Source: Azolla caroliniana
Lineage: Eukaryota > Plantae > Polypodiophyta
Length of the DNA: 64,000 nucleotides
NCBI GenBank assembly: GCA_043228905.1
Contig: JBHGNT010000008.1
Span: 1,178,001 to 1,242,000, forward strand
Reading direction: 5' to 3'
Shown here: positions 24,214-37,800 of the stretch, piece after piece
How positions within the stretch are numbered: the first letter of the stretch is position 1
How the letters are laid out: each line of letters opens with the position of its first letter
Notes under the pieces: model-generated
The model's database searches: none
The model's input: only the letters and a program-made list of their open reading frames with translations
Told to the model about the DNA's origin: nothing
Program-made: the position numbers and the translations under genes

Positions 24214-24257
24214 CTTCTGCTCTTCTGCACCCTCCTTCACGTCGGGTTCACCAAAGA

Positions 24258-24869
24258 TGTCGAGGTATTCCTCGCGGATGCGTGGAATGAGGCGGGACCT
24301 CGGGGGTCCTGTACCGAAGAGCAAGAGAGAAAGGAGAAGAGACCCACTACGTGCGAGAGTAGATTCACAGGGACACGGCCCTTCGACACAAAGACGCGAG
24401 TGGGACAGCGACACAGAGAGACACGAATGTATGTATGTATTAACAAAGACAAACCACAAAACACGAAGTCGGTTAAAACCGAACAGGCCGGCGAACAGAT
24501 GCCGATACCTGTTCGTAGACACTCAGAAAGGAAGGAGTAGGTTGGAGGTGCTGCCGGAAGCACTCGGGCGTTCCTCAGAGCAGCGTGAGCCTCCCGAAAC
24601 CTGCACAGAAGGAAGCTATGGAGCTTGCGAACTAGAGAGAGAGAGAGAAGCCTTCGCACACAAACTGACAGCACTTCGTCCTCGACTCTCCGCGATCCCC
24701 TCCCCCTTCGCGTCTCCCTCCTTTTATAGGCAAGGAAGGAGCCGTTTCCCCTTTACTTCCTACCCACTAAATGTACCTGCCTAGGATCTTCTATGGACAA
24801 CATTCGAGAAGAGCCGGTTCCTACGCTCCTCTGCACCGATTCCGCTTGTGGACGGTTTTCTTCACGACA
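24258..24869 (-). repeat. 5' LTR of gypsy A
   Basis: Followed on the minus strand by the Trp PBS and gag. Confidence 0.95.
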
Positions 24870-27140
24870 CCGTAATAAAAGGGGTGTTGCCATCTCTTCT
24901 ACTGACAAATCTATCCCCACTTCATAGCCCAAATACCTTACGGTTTTACCTCAACGTACCTAAATATAACCTAGAGATGGCACATCTTGAGGGGGAGAAG
25001 ACGACACAAACCAAAATCTCATGGACTTGTCCCAATTGATTAAAGCTCCTGAAGCATCACAAAAATCGGATAACACTTGTTGAAGATTCAAAAAGTTCCC
25101 TTTATCTACAGAAACATATAAAGCGGTGTCATCAGCAAATTTTGAATCAATAGCAGAGGTTGCATATCCTTGTATAGGTAAGGCTATACCCCAAAAATCC
25201 ACACTCCTACTCTTAAGAAAATCAGAAAAGGCTTTAGAAACTAAAATAAACAAAAAAGGAGGAAGCAGATACCCTTGTCTTACTGATTGCGAAAGTAAAA
25301 ATCTACCACCAACATCACCTGCAAACAAAAGAGAACTATGAGCGGTCCTATACAATGTTGCCACTACCCTAGTCCATTGTGCTAGAAAGCCCATACGTAA
25401 TAATGTCCCTTCCATAAAATCCCAATCCACTCTATCATAAGTCACCACAAAATCTAAAAACTGAATAGCTAAATCTTGTTGTTGTTGCTCTCTAGTAGCC
25501 ACCATTTCCCAAAACAAAAAAATGTTATCAAAGATATTTCTTTCTTGAACAAAACCTATCTGTGAATCATGAATTAGTTGAGGTAAAAAAGGTTTTAATC
25601 CCCTTGCTATTGTTTTAGCTAAAATCTTATACACAACATTAAGTAGTGTTATAGGCCTCCATTTTCGAACATCATGCAAAGGGTCATGCCCCTTCGGAAT
25701 CAAATAAATTAGGCCCTTTGTCCATTCCAGAGGCATATAACCATGATCAAGAATTTGTTGGTATGTAGAAGTCAAACATTACCAATCATATCCCAATACT
25801 CTATATACCATGAAACCCCCATCCCATCAATATTGGACAAACATCCTTACCTAACGCCTTAGCTGCCAACAGAACTTTCGAAGGTTGCAATGGAGCAAGC
25901 CAAGAAATTTGCGTTTGAGACGAAACTCGATTAGAGACCGAAGCCCAAACATAATCTCTCTTAATCAAACTATTTCTTGAGAAAGGAACTGCATTCAAGA
26001 AATTATGATAAAAAGATGAAACTATATCCCTCATCTCTACAATATCCGATATAAAAGATCCATCTAAGCGCCTCATGCTTGTCGGTTGAGGCTTATGAGA
26101 TTTAATTCGATGAGGTTGAAAGAACTGTTTACAAACCGTATAAACTTGTCTAATCCATCTTGCAAAGGATTTATGATACCAAACCTCCGACTTTTGCAAT
26201 TGTAAATCAGCAATCGTTTTTTAGACATCAATAACTCTCTTGGCTAAATCTATAGATTGCGGCCACTTTTGCTGCAAATGCTGTAATGTTGTCAACACTC
26301 GCTTAATATATCTTCCAACCTTGGAATCATAATCAAGGTGCAATGATTTCTCCTTATGCCATAATAGTTCCTAAATTTCCTTTAAGACATGTACCACATT
26401 AGTTAAGAAAACATCCTTATCATAACGATGTCGAGACTAGATAGTTTGAACACAATATTTACAATCTTCTCTAAGAAAAACGGAATTAGGAATTCTAAAT
26501 CTACGAGTCCTTCTTGCCAATGATAAAAATAATTTTAATTTTAGAGGAGAGTGATCAGAAAAAGAAAAACCAGGCATAATTCCTAATTGACCGCTTTTAG
26601 TCCACATAAAATCATCCCCATAAAACCTATCCAAACGAGAAAGGTTGACCCCTGCCAAGTGCCTATCAAATCTTGAAAAAGATAAGGATTCCAGTAATCT
26701 ATTAAATGAAAGATCTGACCAAAGATCAACCAACTGAAGTCACATACATAATCTCTCCCACGCGCTAAGTTCTAATCCAGAGATAGTACGTAAACTACCG
26801 CCTTGCTTATCTGCTTTTTTTTTTTAAACTACACCATAGTTTCCATTACCAATCGGGTGGAAGCACGCTATGGTGTACCAGAAAAGTACTGTTTTTTGCC
26901 ACAAAAAATGCCAGTCCTTTCAATACCGTTAGTACTAAATAATTGAGAAAAAAAATCAGAGAAAAAAAAATCGATTTTGGGGAGTGGGATGAGTGTAGTA
27001 CAAGTGTCATTTAAGACAAGGAGTGGGGGGAACACGTGAGGAGATGTTCTTTCCATTTTGGGGGCTATTTTCCCCTCACGTCGTTTTTGGCGCTTCCCCT
27101 CAAACCAACTCCTCTTACTTCTCTTCCTCTATCCCTCTGA

Positions 27141-28953
27141 ACCATCATGGTTGGCTCATTAATGGCAAAACTATTTGGATGTATAATGGAATCAAAGATA
27201 AGTGTATGGGCTGAAAAAAGTGGTAAGAGAGCTTATGGACAAGCTGGCTTTCGGAAACACCATAGCACCATTGATCACCTTATCACCCTTCGAGTATTAA
27301 TGGAGGAAAGTTGCCTTAGAGGTAAAGGTTTATATTGTTGCTTTGTAGACTTCAAGAAAGCTTTTGATATGGTACCTCGTGAGCATCTTTGGAGGCGAAT
27401 GGAAGAACTTGAGGTGCCAAGTGAATATATGCTTGCAATTTCCCGAATTTATGAGAAGGTTATATGTTGTGTGCGCATGAGAGATAAACTTTCAGATTTT
27501 TTCAAAAGCACTATTGGTGTTAAGCAAGGATGCCCACTCTCACCAACACTATTTGGTCTATGCATTGATGAATTGGAAGAAATGGTTACCAAGTTTGCAA
27601 AGGAAGAATGTGTTGAAGAAGTTGCCATTGGGAATGTTGTGATTATGCTTTTGCTATATGCAGATGACGTAGTGCTTTTTGCAAATACTTTAGGAGATGC
27701 ACAAAAGCTTATGAAGGCATTGGAAAAAATTTGCATGCATACTAAATTAAGTGTCAATAGCTCTAAAACAAAGATTATGCTTGTGAAGAGCCAAAAAAGA
27801 GATAAACCATGCATTATGTACAACAATGAGCCACTTGAATGTGTGGAAAGCTTCAAATATCTTGGCCTTGAAGTTCCTTCAAATCATAGATGGAATGAAT
27901 GTGCTACACGCCGCTTAGAGGCGGGCAAACGAGCATACTATGCATTTGAGAACACATGCAATCTTGGAGATATTAAGTGTTGGGTCCTCAAGAAATATCT
28001 TTTTGACACTTTGGTGACACCAGTTCTTCTCTATGGGGTGGAAGTATGGGGCGGTAGCATCCCTAAGTCTATGTGGAAAGAGTTTGAAAATGTCCAAAAG
28101 CATTTTCTTACCAAGTTTCTACAAGTTAAGAAACAAACGCCCTACACCCTCCTCCTTGAGACGGGATCGCTTCCCATTGAGATCATGGCCATGGAAAGGG
28201 TTGTTGAATACATGCTTAAGGTTCAAAAAAGTCCCTCACATCGACTTCCTAGAATTGCGTGGGAAGCAAGCAAAAAGATCCAAAAGACGCATAAAAGCAA
28301 AATTTTGTGTTCCGGTTAGATGCAAGATATAGAAAAATGGTTTGGTAGATGGGATGCGAGACACTTGCTTCATGATGCATCATTAGATTCCTCTGTAAAT
28401 GAGGCATTTTTGCAACGCCAATGTATCATGACATGGGACAAATGTGGAGGCTCACGCTTCACACATTATACTACACATGTTGCACCTAACTACAAAACCA
28501 TATTCTTTGCGGAACGGGGAAATCGTACACATCCATACATGTTAGAGCCCATACCGTTATCTGCCATTCGAACCATTGCTTCCATGCGACTTAGCTCACA
28601 TGCATTGCGATGTGAAACAGGGCGTTGGGGTACAAGTGATGAGAGTGGTCGGCTATGCACACTTTGCCCTAAACTAGTTCGCGAGTCTGAGTATCACACT
28701 TTGATACAATGCTCTGCCTTTGATCATATTCGACCATGCTTTCCACATCTCTTCGATCGAGCCCAATCTTTGCATGAATTCCTCTCACAACCACAATGTG
28801 CACTCTCGATTGCAACATTCATTGGTAAAGTTCTTGAACATCGAGAGTCACTACTCACTTTCACACGTATCACGTGAAATGTAATATTTTTGGTCTCATA
28901 GGTCATATTTGATCTCCGAAGACGATAATATAATCTATCTATCTATCTATCTA
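27141..28953 (+). mobile_element. 5'-truncated RTEX-like non-LTR retrotransposon with (ATCT)n tail
   Basis: RT motifs (QAGFR, VDFKKAFD, GVKQGCPLSPTLF, LYADD, FKYLG); C-terminal LRCETGRW..CTLC..ESEYH..QC; single TAG at 28317; tail 28933-28956; probable TSD TCTGA (27136-27140, 28954-28958). Confidence 0.85.
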
Positions 28954-29146
28954 TCTGAGCTCTTCATCTCAGACATCCATGTCAGGTTTCTAGTTTTGAG
29001 TTGCGGATTTCTTGTTTTGTTAGGGTTTGAGTTGAGGATTAGAGACTGTTCTAAGGCCTCTTATAACAGCCAATAGTGACTTCTTCGAGAACGATTTTCT
29101 TGCTTCTTTCATCGATTGCAGTTTATCTCACCGTGATTTGAGGCTT

Positions 29147-29375
29147 TTTCCACCAAATCGAGGCGGCATATCACAAAGATTCAAGGCTCCCTCCACCAAA
29201 TCGAAGTGGCACATCACAACGATTCAAGGCTCCCTGCACCATTGGAGGTTCATTCCACCAAATCGAGGTGGCATATCACACAGATTTAACGCTCCCTCCA
29301 CCATTGGAGGTTCCTTCCACCAAATTGAGGCGACATATCACATAGATTCAACACTCCCTCCACCATTGGAGGTTC
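29147..29375. repeat. ~60-bp tandem repeat (about 4 copies) upstream of the transposase
   Basis: Recurrent TCCACCAAATCGAGGCGGCATATCACA...GATTCAAGGCTCCCTCCACCATTGGAGG. Confidence 0.8.
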
Positions 29376-30451
29376 CTTTCCAGTACTAAATTTCAGAACT
29401 ATTTTTTCATTTCCAGTACTAAATGTTTTCATTTTAAGAAATTTGTGAATAAAGAAATGAGAATTGTCATCTTTGATCCGTAATTCTAATGTCCAAAATG
29501 AATTATTTCTCACTTTGCAAGCCAAATGTAAAAACATTTGATTGTGATTTCTTAGTGTAGTCTATATAACATTAACTACTCTCGCAAGACACTTAATTTT
29601 TTTGGATAAATCTAGTGACCAAATGGGGATCCCCAATGAGAGTGAGTTGTCAAGTAACTCATGTATATCTGAAAGGACCAAGAGACGAGTGGTTCTTCAC
29701 ATAGTCCATTATTTGGTAGAAATAATGAAGAGATTTGGTGAAGAGGATCGTAGGGATATTATATGTAGAGTGTTACACCATCAACGTTTGAATGAAGACA
29801 TGGGGAGAATAAAATTTAGGGACCAATGTGTTTCAGAAGAGATTGTAGAGTCTATGAAGTCATCCGTAGACTTAGTGAAAGGTGTAGAGAGCATAGACAA
29901 ACTTGTTGCAAAGAGGGCAACCCTACACATGGTTGTGAACGGTGCGAGAGAAAAAAAATATAGTGATACTAAAGTTGCCTTAGCCCTAGGTATTCAAAGA
30001 AGGAACTTGAGGAAACATCGCCGAAATATACACTCAAGCCAATTCAAGTGGCTGGGGTTGGGAGGTAGATGACGATGCGATGCCTTATCTCAAGAGGTTA
30101 TTGAGAAAGTGGATTCATTTTGGGCAAAAAATACCCATGTCTCACCAAATAAGAAGGATGTGTGTAGACAACGAATAAGTCAAGGTAAGTATTAGATTCA
30201 TCCTAGACACTTCTTGGAGATGACAGAGGTATTCCATTTTTTTATATCAATTCACATTCCATAAATTTTTGTTTTGACCAAGTGTATATTAATGTTTGCT
30301 ATATATATTGGTTGATGTAGGCTGAATTGTACATGAACTTTAAAGACCAACATCCAAGCTTGACTGTTGGATTCCGCAAGTTCCAAGGTTTGAAACCATA
30401 TTATGTTAGAAAATTAAATGAGAGGAATACATGGTGTTGTGTGTACCACGT

Positions 30452-31533
30452 TGTCGTGAAGATTTTCGGCAATGGTGTGAAAATCACATAAAACGTACAA
30501 AATCGAGTATGAATGACATAAAACAATAATAGTGAAGATAACATTTTAAATAAGTTTAATATCTAAGTACAAAATGATGGAGGCCTTCAAGAGCTTTCGA
30601 ATGCACTTTATTACACGAGAAATGGACAACTAGATGTCAAGATATGAGGGTATAAAGTTTGTGAAAGGAAAAGAGAAAATTGTGAGATATCCCACATAGG
30701 CACGACAAATACGGTTATCTTTGTGTCTATGTGTGGAGCATAGAGAGTTCAAGGTAACTTGAACTAAGAGTGGAGGTGGCCTAACACTCGTAAAGGTTTT
30801 GACCAACCAAAATCGGTCCGGCGATGGAGCCGGTGCTCCGGCGGCAGCCGGCAATGCGATGGTGGCACACCAGTGATCCGACGGCATCCGCACCGGCTAG
30901 GCGGTAGCCACCGGTAACCGGCATCTGGTGACTAGATAAATAAATACATATATATATATATATATACATATACAAGGAAGGCAAGTAAGGATTCGAACCT
31001 TCCACCTCCAAGTTAGAAGTCAATTGGCTTACCACTAAGCAAAGATATTTAGTTGAAATTATATTTCTATCATTGTACTTTTACATATAAATTCTCATAC
31101 ATGAGAGCTAAAATGAGTGACATGGTTATCATGCACCACATGTAATACATGAGAGCCAAATGGCAAACATGCATTTTATGCATGTCTTGAACCCTCAAAT
31201 GCATGAGGGCATCTATAAAAGAGGGAATGAAAAAGATCAATGGGGGGGATTTTTCTGGGATAAAAGAAAGCTTTGTACTTTAAATCAAAATTAATATTAA
31301 GAAGAAAATTCGTTATCTTTTTGATGATATACCTTGTTCTTGAAATCTAAAGTCAAGAGTTCTTAATCTCTCTCTCAATCTAAAATCAAGCGTTCTATCT
31401 TATCTCAATCTCTCTCTTTCAATTTATCTTAATTCCTTTCCCACTAAAGTTTGTGCAAACTTCGAGTCCTTCCGGTCCAAAACCCCGGCGGTTCCGCCTC
31501 GCGATCCACGCCTAGTGATGGATCTTCACGACA
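30452..31533 (+). mobile_element. Solo LTR of a gypsy family related to A/B, inserted in transposase exon 2
   Basis: Termini TGTCGTGAAGA...TCTTCACGACA (same 11-mer start as the A/B LTRs); TSD ACGT (30448-30451, 31534-31537); TATAAAA at ~31214; the transposase frame rejoins across it (CVYHV-KMDML). Confidence 0.85.
30935..31048 (-). other. tRNA-derived (SINE-like) segment with TA-rich tail inside the solo LTR
   Basis: Minus strand GCTTAGTGGTAAGC (A box) ... GACTTCTAA ... GGTTCGAATCC (B box), followed by (TA)n; the cloverleaf is imperfect. Confidence 0.5.
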
Positions 31534-32562
31534 ACGTGAAGATGGACATGTTAAGGCTTGAAGTGAATGGAATGCGTACTGATTCTAAGGGTATACACGG
31601 GGAATTATGTGTCTAGACTTGTGAGGTTTGGAGACCAAATGGGGAGGATAATATGTGTAATGCACGAAACATGACTTATGCATCCGTTCTGAGTTATGGA
31701 GGTCTTGTGTTTGTGAAAAAGAACCATCATGTGAGTGGCATCGTCGTACATGTCTTTTAAGAACATGTAAGGTTTGTCCGCTACCATTATTTTGTAGGCA
31801 AGAGCTTGATTTGGGAAACAGTCATATTGTGAAATGGAAATATTTAGATTATGTGACTGAAAATATTGGCAAGGGACTTGTAACTAAGCGTATCAAGGAA
31901 GTATATAAGGAGACATGTGCTCCTACCCTTGTCTCAGAATTTAAGAAACAACTTCGGGAGTTCATTCCACATAACTTCCGAAATTATTGGCAAAATTCAC
32001 AGTTTAAGGAATGTATTAATAACTTACCAACGAGTGTCATCATATCCGTTATTAACTTTGCAAAAAAATATACATTTAAAGTTCAAAATGAGGTTCAATC
32101 AATGCATTGGTACAATGATCAATGTACAATACTTGTATATATTTGCTATTGGAGACAAGATGGTGAGTTACATAAGAAATCGATATTTTACATTTCAAAT
32201 GATAAAAAGCATGATACACTATTTGTTCAACATTGTTTTAAGCTTCACCATGCAGATTTATTGTCTCTAGGGTTTAGCTTTAACCGTCATTGGGTTTGGT
32301 CTGATGGTGTTGCCTCGCAGTTTAAGACGGCACGATTGTTCTACTTTATCGCCAGGTAATTTTTAATCCATATGTTTAGTACTTATAATGCAATGTCTAA
32401 GGAAGCAATTCTTGTGTTACTACATGCATACTAATTATGTTTGTAACTATTCAAACACAGTACTATTCAAATGGATGCATGCATACTAATTATGTTTGTA
32501 ACTATGTTAAGTGTTCTTGATTGATCACATAGTACCATCCTGTCACGTGAATCTGTGTTTTT

Positions 32563-33530
32563 TATCTTTTAATCCATGTGAAGTGTTCTCCATAGACACA
32601 TTACACTGTGTTGTGTGTTGTATATGTACTAAATTAGTATTTATTGAAAGATGTAAAGTATTCGTCTTGTACTCATAGTATTGGCCGTTCTTAAGAGTTT
32701 ATCCTAAGTATCTTTTAGTCCATGCTGAGTGCTCTCCATGGACACATTGTATTGTGTTGTGTGTTGAATATGTACTAAATCAGTATTTATTGAAGGATGT
32801 AAAGTACTCGTCTTGTACTCATAGTATTGTTCGTCCTTAAGAGTTTGTACTAATTATCTTTTAATCCATGTTGAGTGTTCTCCATGGACACACAGTATTG
32901 TACTGTGTGTTGTATCTGTACTAAATAAATATTTATTGAAGGATGTAAAGTACATGTCTTGTGCTCATAGTATTGTCCTATATTGAAGAGTTTGTACTAA
33001 TTATCTTTTAATCCATGTTGAGTGTTCTCCATGGACACACTATATTGTATTGTGTTGTATCTGTACTATATCAATATTTATTGAAGGATGTAAAGTACAT
33101 GTCTTGTACTCATAGTACTGTCATATATTGAAGAGTTTGTACTAATTATCTTTTAATCCATGTTGTGTTCTCCATGAACACATTGTATTGTGTTGTGTGT
33201 TTTATCTATACTAAATCAGTATTAATGGATGTAAAGTACTCGTCGTCAACAACATAGTATTGTCCAATATTGAAGAGTTTGTACTAATTATCTTTTAATA
33301 CATGTAGAGTGTTTTCCATGAACACATTGTACTATGCTTTGTGCTGTATCCGTACTAAATTAGTATTAATGGATGCTAAGTATTGTTGGTTGACAACATA
33401 ATACTATTTATCTTTTAATCAGTGTAGAGTGTTCTCCATGGATACGTTGTGTTATGCTTTATTTTGTATTTGTACTAAATCAATATTAATGGATGTATAA
33501 TACTCTCGATTGACAACATAGTACTAATGT
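32563..33530. repeat. Intronic tandem array, 7 units of ~146 bp
   Basis: Unit starts TATCTTTTA at 32563, 32709, 32855, 33002, 33147, 33289 and 33409. Confidence 0.9.
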
Positions 33531-34869
33531 TTGTTGGAAACTTGGGATACAAAAGTAGGTACTTCTCCTTATTTAACATTCGTATGCAATGGAACTACTT
33601 CGGGTCTGGACATGGGAAAGAGAGAATGATGGTGCGGGGGCTGTGATCAAACGTGCCCTTACAAGTGAACAGTTGGATAATAATGGTGCTAAGTTACAAA
33701 ATGCACATGATGTTGTGGAGTGGATAACATGGAAGATGTCAAATGATGGTAAGAACAGATTGTTTGTTGAGGTTCACGTTGATGAGTTCGATAGAACTAA
33801 ATCATATGGTTGTAAAACCATGAAAGGCACACGAAGCACCCATTGTGTATTAGGGTTTAGCCGCAAGGACACAACACAATTGTTACTCCGTACTTTATCA
33901 TGGTTTTGTTCCATGTGTATAGATGAAGCTTGGGATAAATGCATCAACCTATCAATCGTGGAGCCCTAGAAGCTCTAGAAGCTTGAGCCTGAACGACAAG
34001 ATGAAATTGAAGAGGATGCACATTCAAACGATATTGTACTACAACCAACATCAAGACTTGGCAGTTTTATTGGCAGTTGGAGATCATTTTGCAGTGCTCA
34101 AATCTCCTCAAAATGAAGATTTAGAAGACTACTACATTGTGGTGTGCAAGCAAGGAAATACATTATTGAAAGAAGTGGTGAGGGATGGTTGGGGCAACAT
34201 GTTCAACGTTGGTGAGTCTGTCGTGTATGGAAACTATTATGCAAAGTTGCCCCAGTGCAAGAACACATATGCATTACTAAAAGATACACTGATGCCATTC
34301 TTGCGATCAAGTTCAATATGACTCAAGCAAAGCACAAGAGGTTCATGAGCACATATTAGGGGAGGTCTCTCTGTTTAATGCTGAAAAGTTACCCTATTAA
34401 TACATTGTAGTTGGCAACTAAAAAACATCCGCTTGTAGTTCACTATTTGATGTATTGATATATTATTTTTTATGATTGAAAAATGAATCGATATATTTCG
34501 TCTTTCTTCTAATGTGTTTAGATTATTTATTGAGCTTGTTTTGAAAGTGTTCATGGTAATTATAGAGATGCTTGTTTCTATGGTTTAGGGTGTGAAGTCT
34601 TCAATACTTAGTAGCATCAATATGGCCCAAACTTAGTCAACTATCAATACCAATAGTCTAATCCCGATTGTGTTAAGTCTTTATTCGACTCTGACTATAT
34701 GCACTCAAGGAGACCATACTTCGCAAGTATCAATATACATATTAGTTTAGTACTAAAGTCAATTATAAGTGTTCACTAATACATAGTAGTCTACCGAAGT
34801 ATCTCAGTTAGACGGATACATACATCTTATTTTAGTACTAATATGAATGTCAAATTCTTCCCTACTACA

Positions 34870-37800
34870 TTCATGGCTATAGTTCAAGTTCAGACATCAC
34901 TAACAGTTCAGCTATAGTTCGAGTACAATCGAAAGACAATCAGGCACCATTTCACAATTTCGTTGATCTTGTAATGCGCTTGTTATTGGTGCCAATTTTT
35001 TGTGATTTTACATTATCAGCTTACTAAGTGGCACTTCATCTTCTCACATTAGCAATTTAGACAATATTTTGGTATACCAAATAGTTCAAGTTCAGACATC
35101 ACTAACAGTTCAGCTATAGTTCAAGTACAATCGAACATTCTTCTTTATCTTAAAGCCTTTAGGTATCAACTTACTAAGTGGTACTTCATCATTAGAGGTA
35201 TCAGAGATAGGTGTGGATGTAAGGGAACCTTGTACTAGTGGCAAGCTTGAGAGAGAAATTGTGTTTTCTGCAACTGCAATGCTTGTACACACATCCACAA
35301 AGGTACTGTTGATATTCAAATTATCACTCATCTCCTGTATGTGGGCTATTTTAGTACTCATGTTGTTGACGAAATCCTCTTGGCTGGTGATAGTCACCTC
35401 ATTCTTAAGACCAATATGCTCTCCTTCTTGGGTGGTCTTTATTGCCCTATCATCATCGGTGATGGTAGTATACTCGTTCTTAGTACAATTAGACTCTTGT
35501 ATGTGGGTTGTGGCAGTACTCATGGTCAACTCCTCTTGTACGGTGGTTGTCACCTCATTCTTAAGACAATTGTGCTCCCCTTCTTGGGTGGTCTTTATTG
35601 CTTGGTCCTCATGGGTGATGCTAGTATGCTCGTTGTCAGTACAATCAGACTCCTCTTCATTACTAGCTATATCTTTCCACACTCCTCATGGGCTTCTATA
35701 GACACTACTAGCACATTCTCAGTACAATCAGGTTCCTCTTCAGTACTAGCGATATTCTTTCCACACTCCTCATGGGATTCTTTAGACACTATTAGCACAT
35801 TCGCAATACAATCAAGCTCCTCTTCAGTACTAGGGATATTCTTTCCACACTCCTCATGGGCTTCTTTAGACAAATTGTTTGTACATGCCAACTGCTCTTC
35901 AAATATGAATGCTTCCTTTTTTTCACAATCCTCATGTGTGGAAGATGTGCTCCCAGAGTCTACCTCCGTGCAAAGGTTAATCCTAGAATCTGACTCTGCA
36001 ATTGTGCTCCATATAGTTCTCGATTCATTTGATTGCAGTTGGGAATCAGACTGCTCTTGTAAACCTAAATAATGGGATTCCAAAGAATATTAGTATCAAC
36101 TCACATACTCAAAATTTTGCAAACATACCAACAACAATGAACATAGGGTTAATAGCCACATTTTTACCTATTGTTACATCGTCATATTGTACAACCGTAG
36201 ACAACCCACTGCAAGTGGTAGGCTCGGTCATCTTCTCCACAACATCTAAGTGTTCAACAGGTTGGAGCTCATTGTCAATAGAAGATTTCATAATAGTATC
36301 TATAGAAAGCACCAAAAGCACCACTATAATAGGGTTGTAATGATCTAAATCATTGTTTTGTTAGAAGGCTTTTGACGTGTACTTGGGAGTGTGATAAATT
36401 CGTCTTCATGGTCAAGTTTTGGATTCGTATCTCCCTCACCAAAGATCATTCCGTCATCAGCTAGTAACACAAGTACACGGTATTAGACAATGCATTAGGT
36501 TGACAACTCTCCGAACAGGTGAGAACATATATGACTCACCATTGCATTCAACTCTGCCTTTCTTGCCCTTTCCATACAACTTTCTTGCCGCATTCCTCTT
36601 CTTAGTGGGCTCTTTTTAAAGACATTAGGCATTCAACATACACACAAATGAGAATTAAGATATGCTAACTCAATTTGTGTTACCTGGATTGTTTTGATGT
36701 TGACCGGAGGTTGGGGAATTTGTTTGTAGAAGCATATGTTCCACTGCCCCAATGGCCCTTCTCATACATTCATCTTCAACATAAAACTCATAGGTTACTG
36801 GTAATGATGGTCCCTGAACCTTGGAATGTGCAGCAGATACCGAGGCTTTAGGCACAGGGGTTGGTTGTTCCATTACCTTCCCTGGCGTGGAGTTGCTTGA
36901 CACTACAATATTCATTGCAAGAAACAAAAAAACCTTCAACGTTAGTACCGTGATATAAAAAATAACGTTAGTACTATGATATAAAAAATACAATGTAGGT
37001 CACAAGAATTGCATTACTAAATCATTAGGCTACACCTAGTTCCCATATTACACATCTAGTACTAATCGTGAACAATGTACTACAAGTATAGACTTGTGTA
37101 CTAACACTAGTACTAGGCACGTTGTAATATAGATTGGACTAACATCTAATCCAACAAATGTAGATTAAACTTTAGTACTAATGTGGTATTTTGCACACAA
37201 GTAATACTAAAGGTGATATGTGTTCTACACACCTAATTACATAACTAGTACTAATTACACCAACAATATTAGTACTAAACGTGATATGTGTTTGACACAC
37301 CTCATTTCAAATTACACAAACTGTACTAATCTTCAACAATTTACTATACACCATGTTCCCAAATTACATAACTAGTACTAATCGTGAACAATGTACTACA
37401 CAACTAATTCCCAAATTACACAAATAGTACTAATAGTCAATAGTGTACTACAAGTATAGTGTGTACTAAACTAGCACTAGGCAAGTTGTAATATAGATTG
37501 GACGAACAACTTATCCAACAAATACATCTAAACAACTTCCTTCTTTAGTACTAAAGTGGTATTTTACATACAAGTAGTACTAATCATGATATGTGTTCTA
37601 CACTCCTAATTCCCAAATTACACGTTTAGTACTAATCGTTCACAGTGTACTACATACCTCGTGCTCAAATTACATAACTAGTACCAATCCCGAACAATGT
37701 CACACATGGTTCCCAAACTACTCAAATAGTACTAATTCTAGAAAATATCCGTTCAACTACGCATACCAATTATATATTAAGAGTACTACCAATACTAACC

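Larger units (their letters stand above)
5515..24869 (-). mobile_element. Ty3/gypsy element A (non-chromovirus, tRNA-Trp-primed, Phygy-like), full length but interrupted by elements B and C
   Basis: LTRs 5515-6124 and 24258-24869 (about 16 substitutions by eye, ~97% identical). PBS TGGTGAACCCGACGTGA at 24237-24253, PPT adjacent to 6125, 4-bp TSD CCAT/CCGT, gag-PR-RT-RH-IN order on the minus strand. Confidence 0.95.
29623..34360 (+). pseudogene. Spliced Sola2-like DDD transposase, decayed (exons ~29623-30228, 30321-30451 + 31538-32355, 33559-~34360)
   Basis: FW..TH.SPNKKDV; ELY..FK..P..VG..KF..LKPYYV..RNTWCCVYH; INFAKKY (cf. DFAENY); EVQSMHW; ISNDKKHD; WSDGVASQFK; SGHGK-ENDGAGAVIKR. GT-AG introns 30229-30320 and 32356-33558; several stops and frameshifts. 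Confidence 0.8.

Noticed and set aside
26829-26880. Hairpin TACACCATAG...CTATGGTGTA next to a T-run, suggesting a Helitron/Helentron end
   Set aside because: The right arm is part of a TIR that has a partner at 40502-40527 with a 4-bp TSD. The T-run is the short L1's poly-A tail, and no Rep/helicase is present.
35341-36072. 243-aa plus-strand hydrophobic ORF
   Set aside because: Antisense of the acidic repeat exon of the cargo gene.
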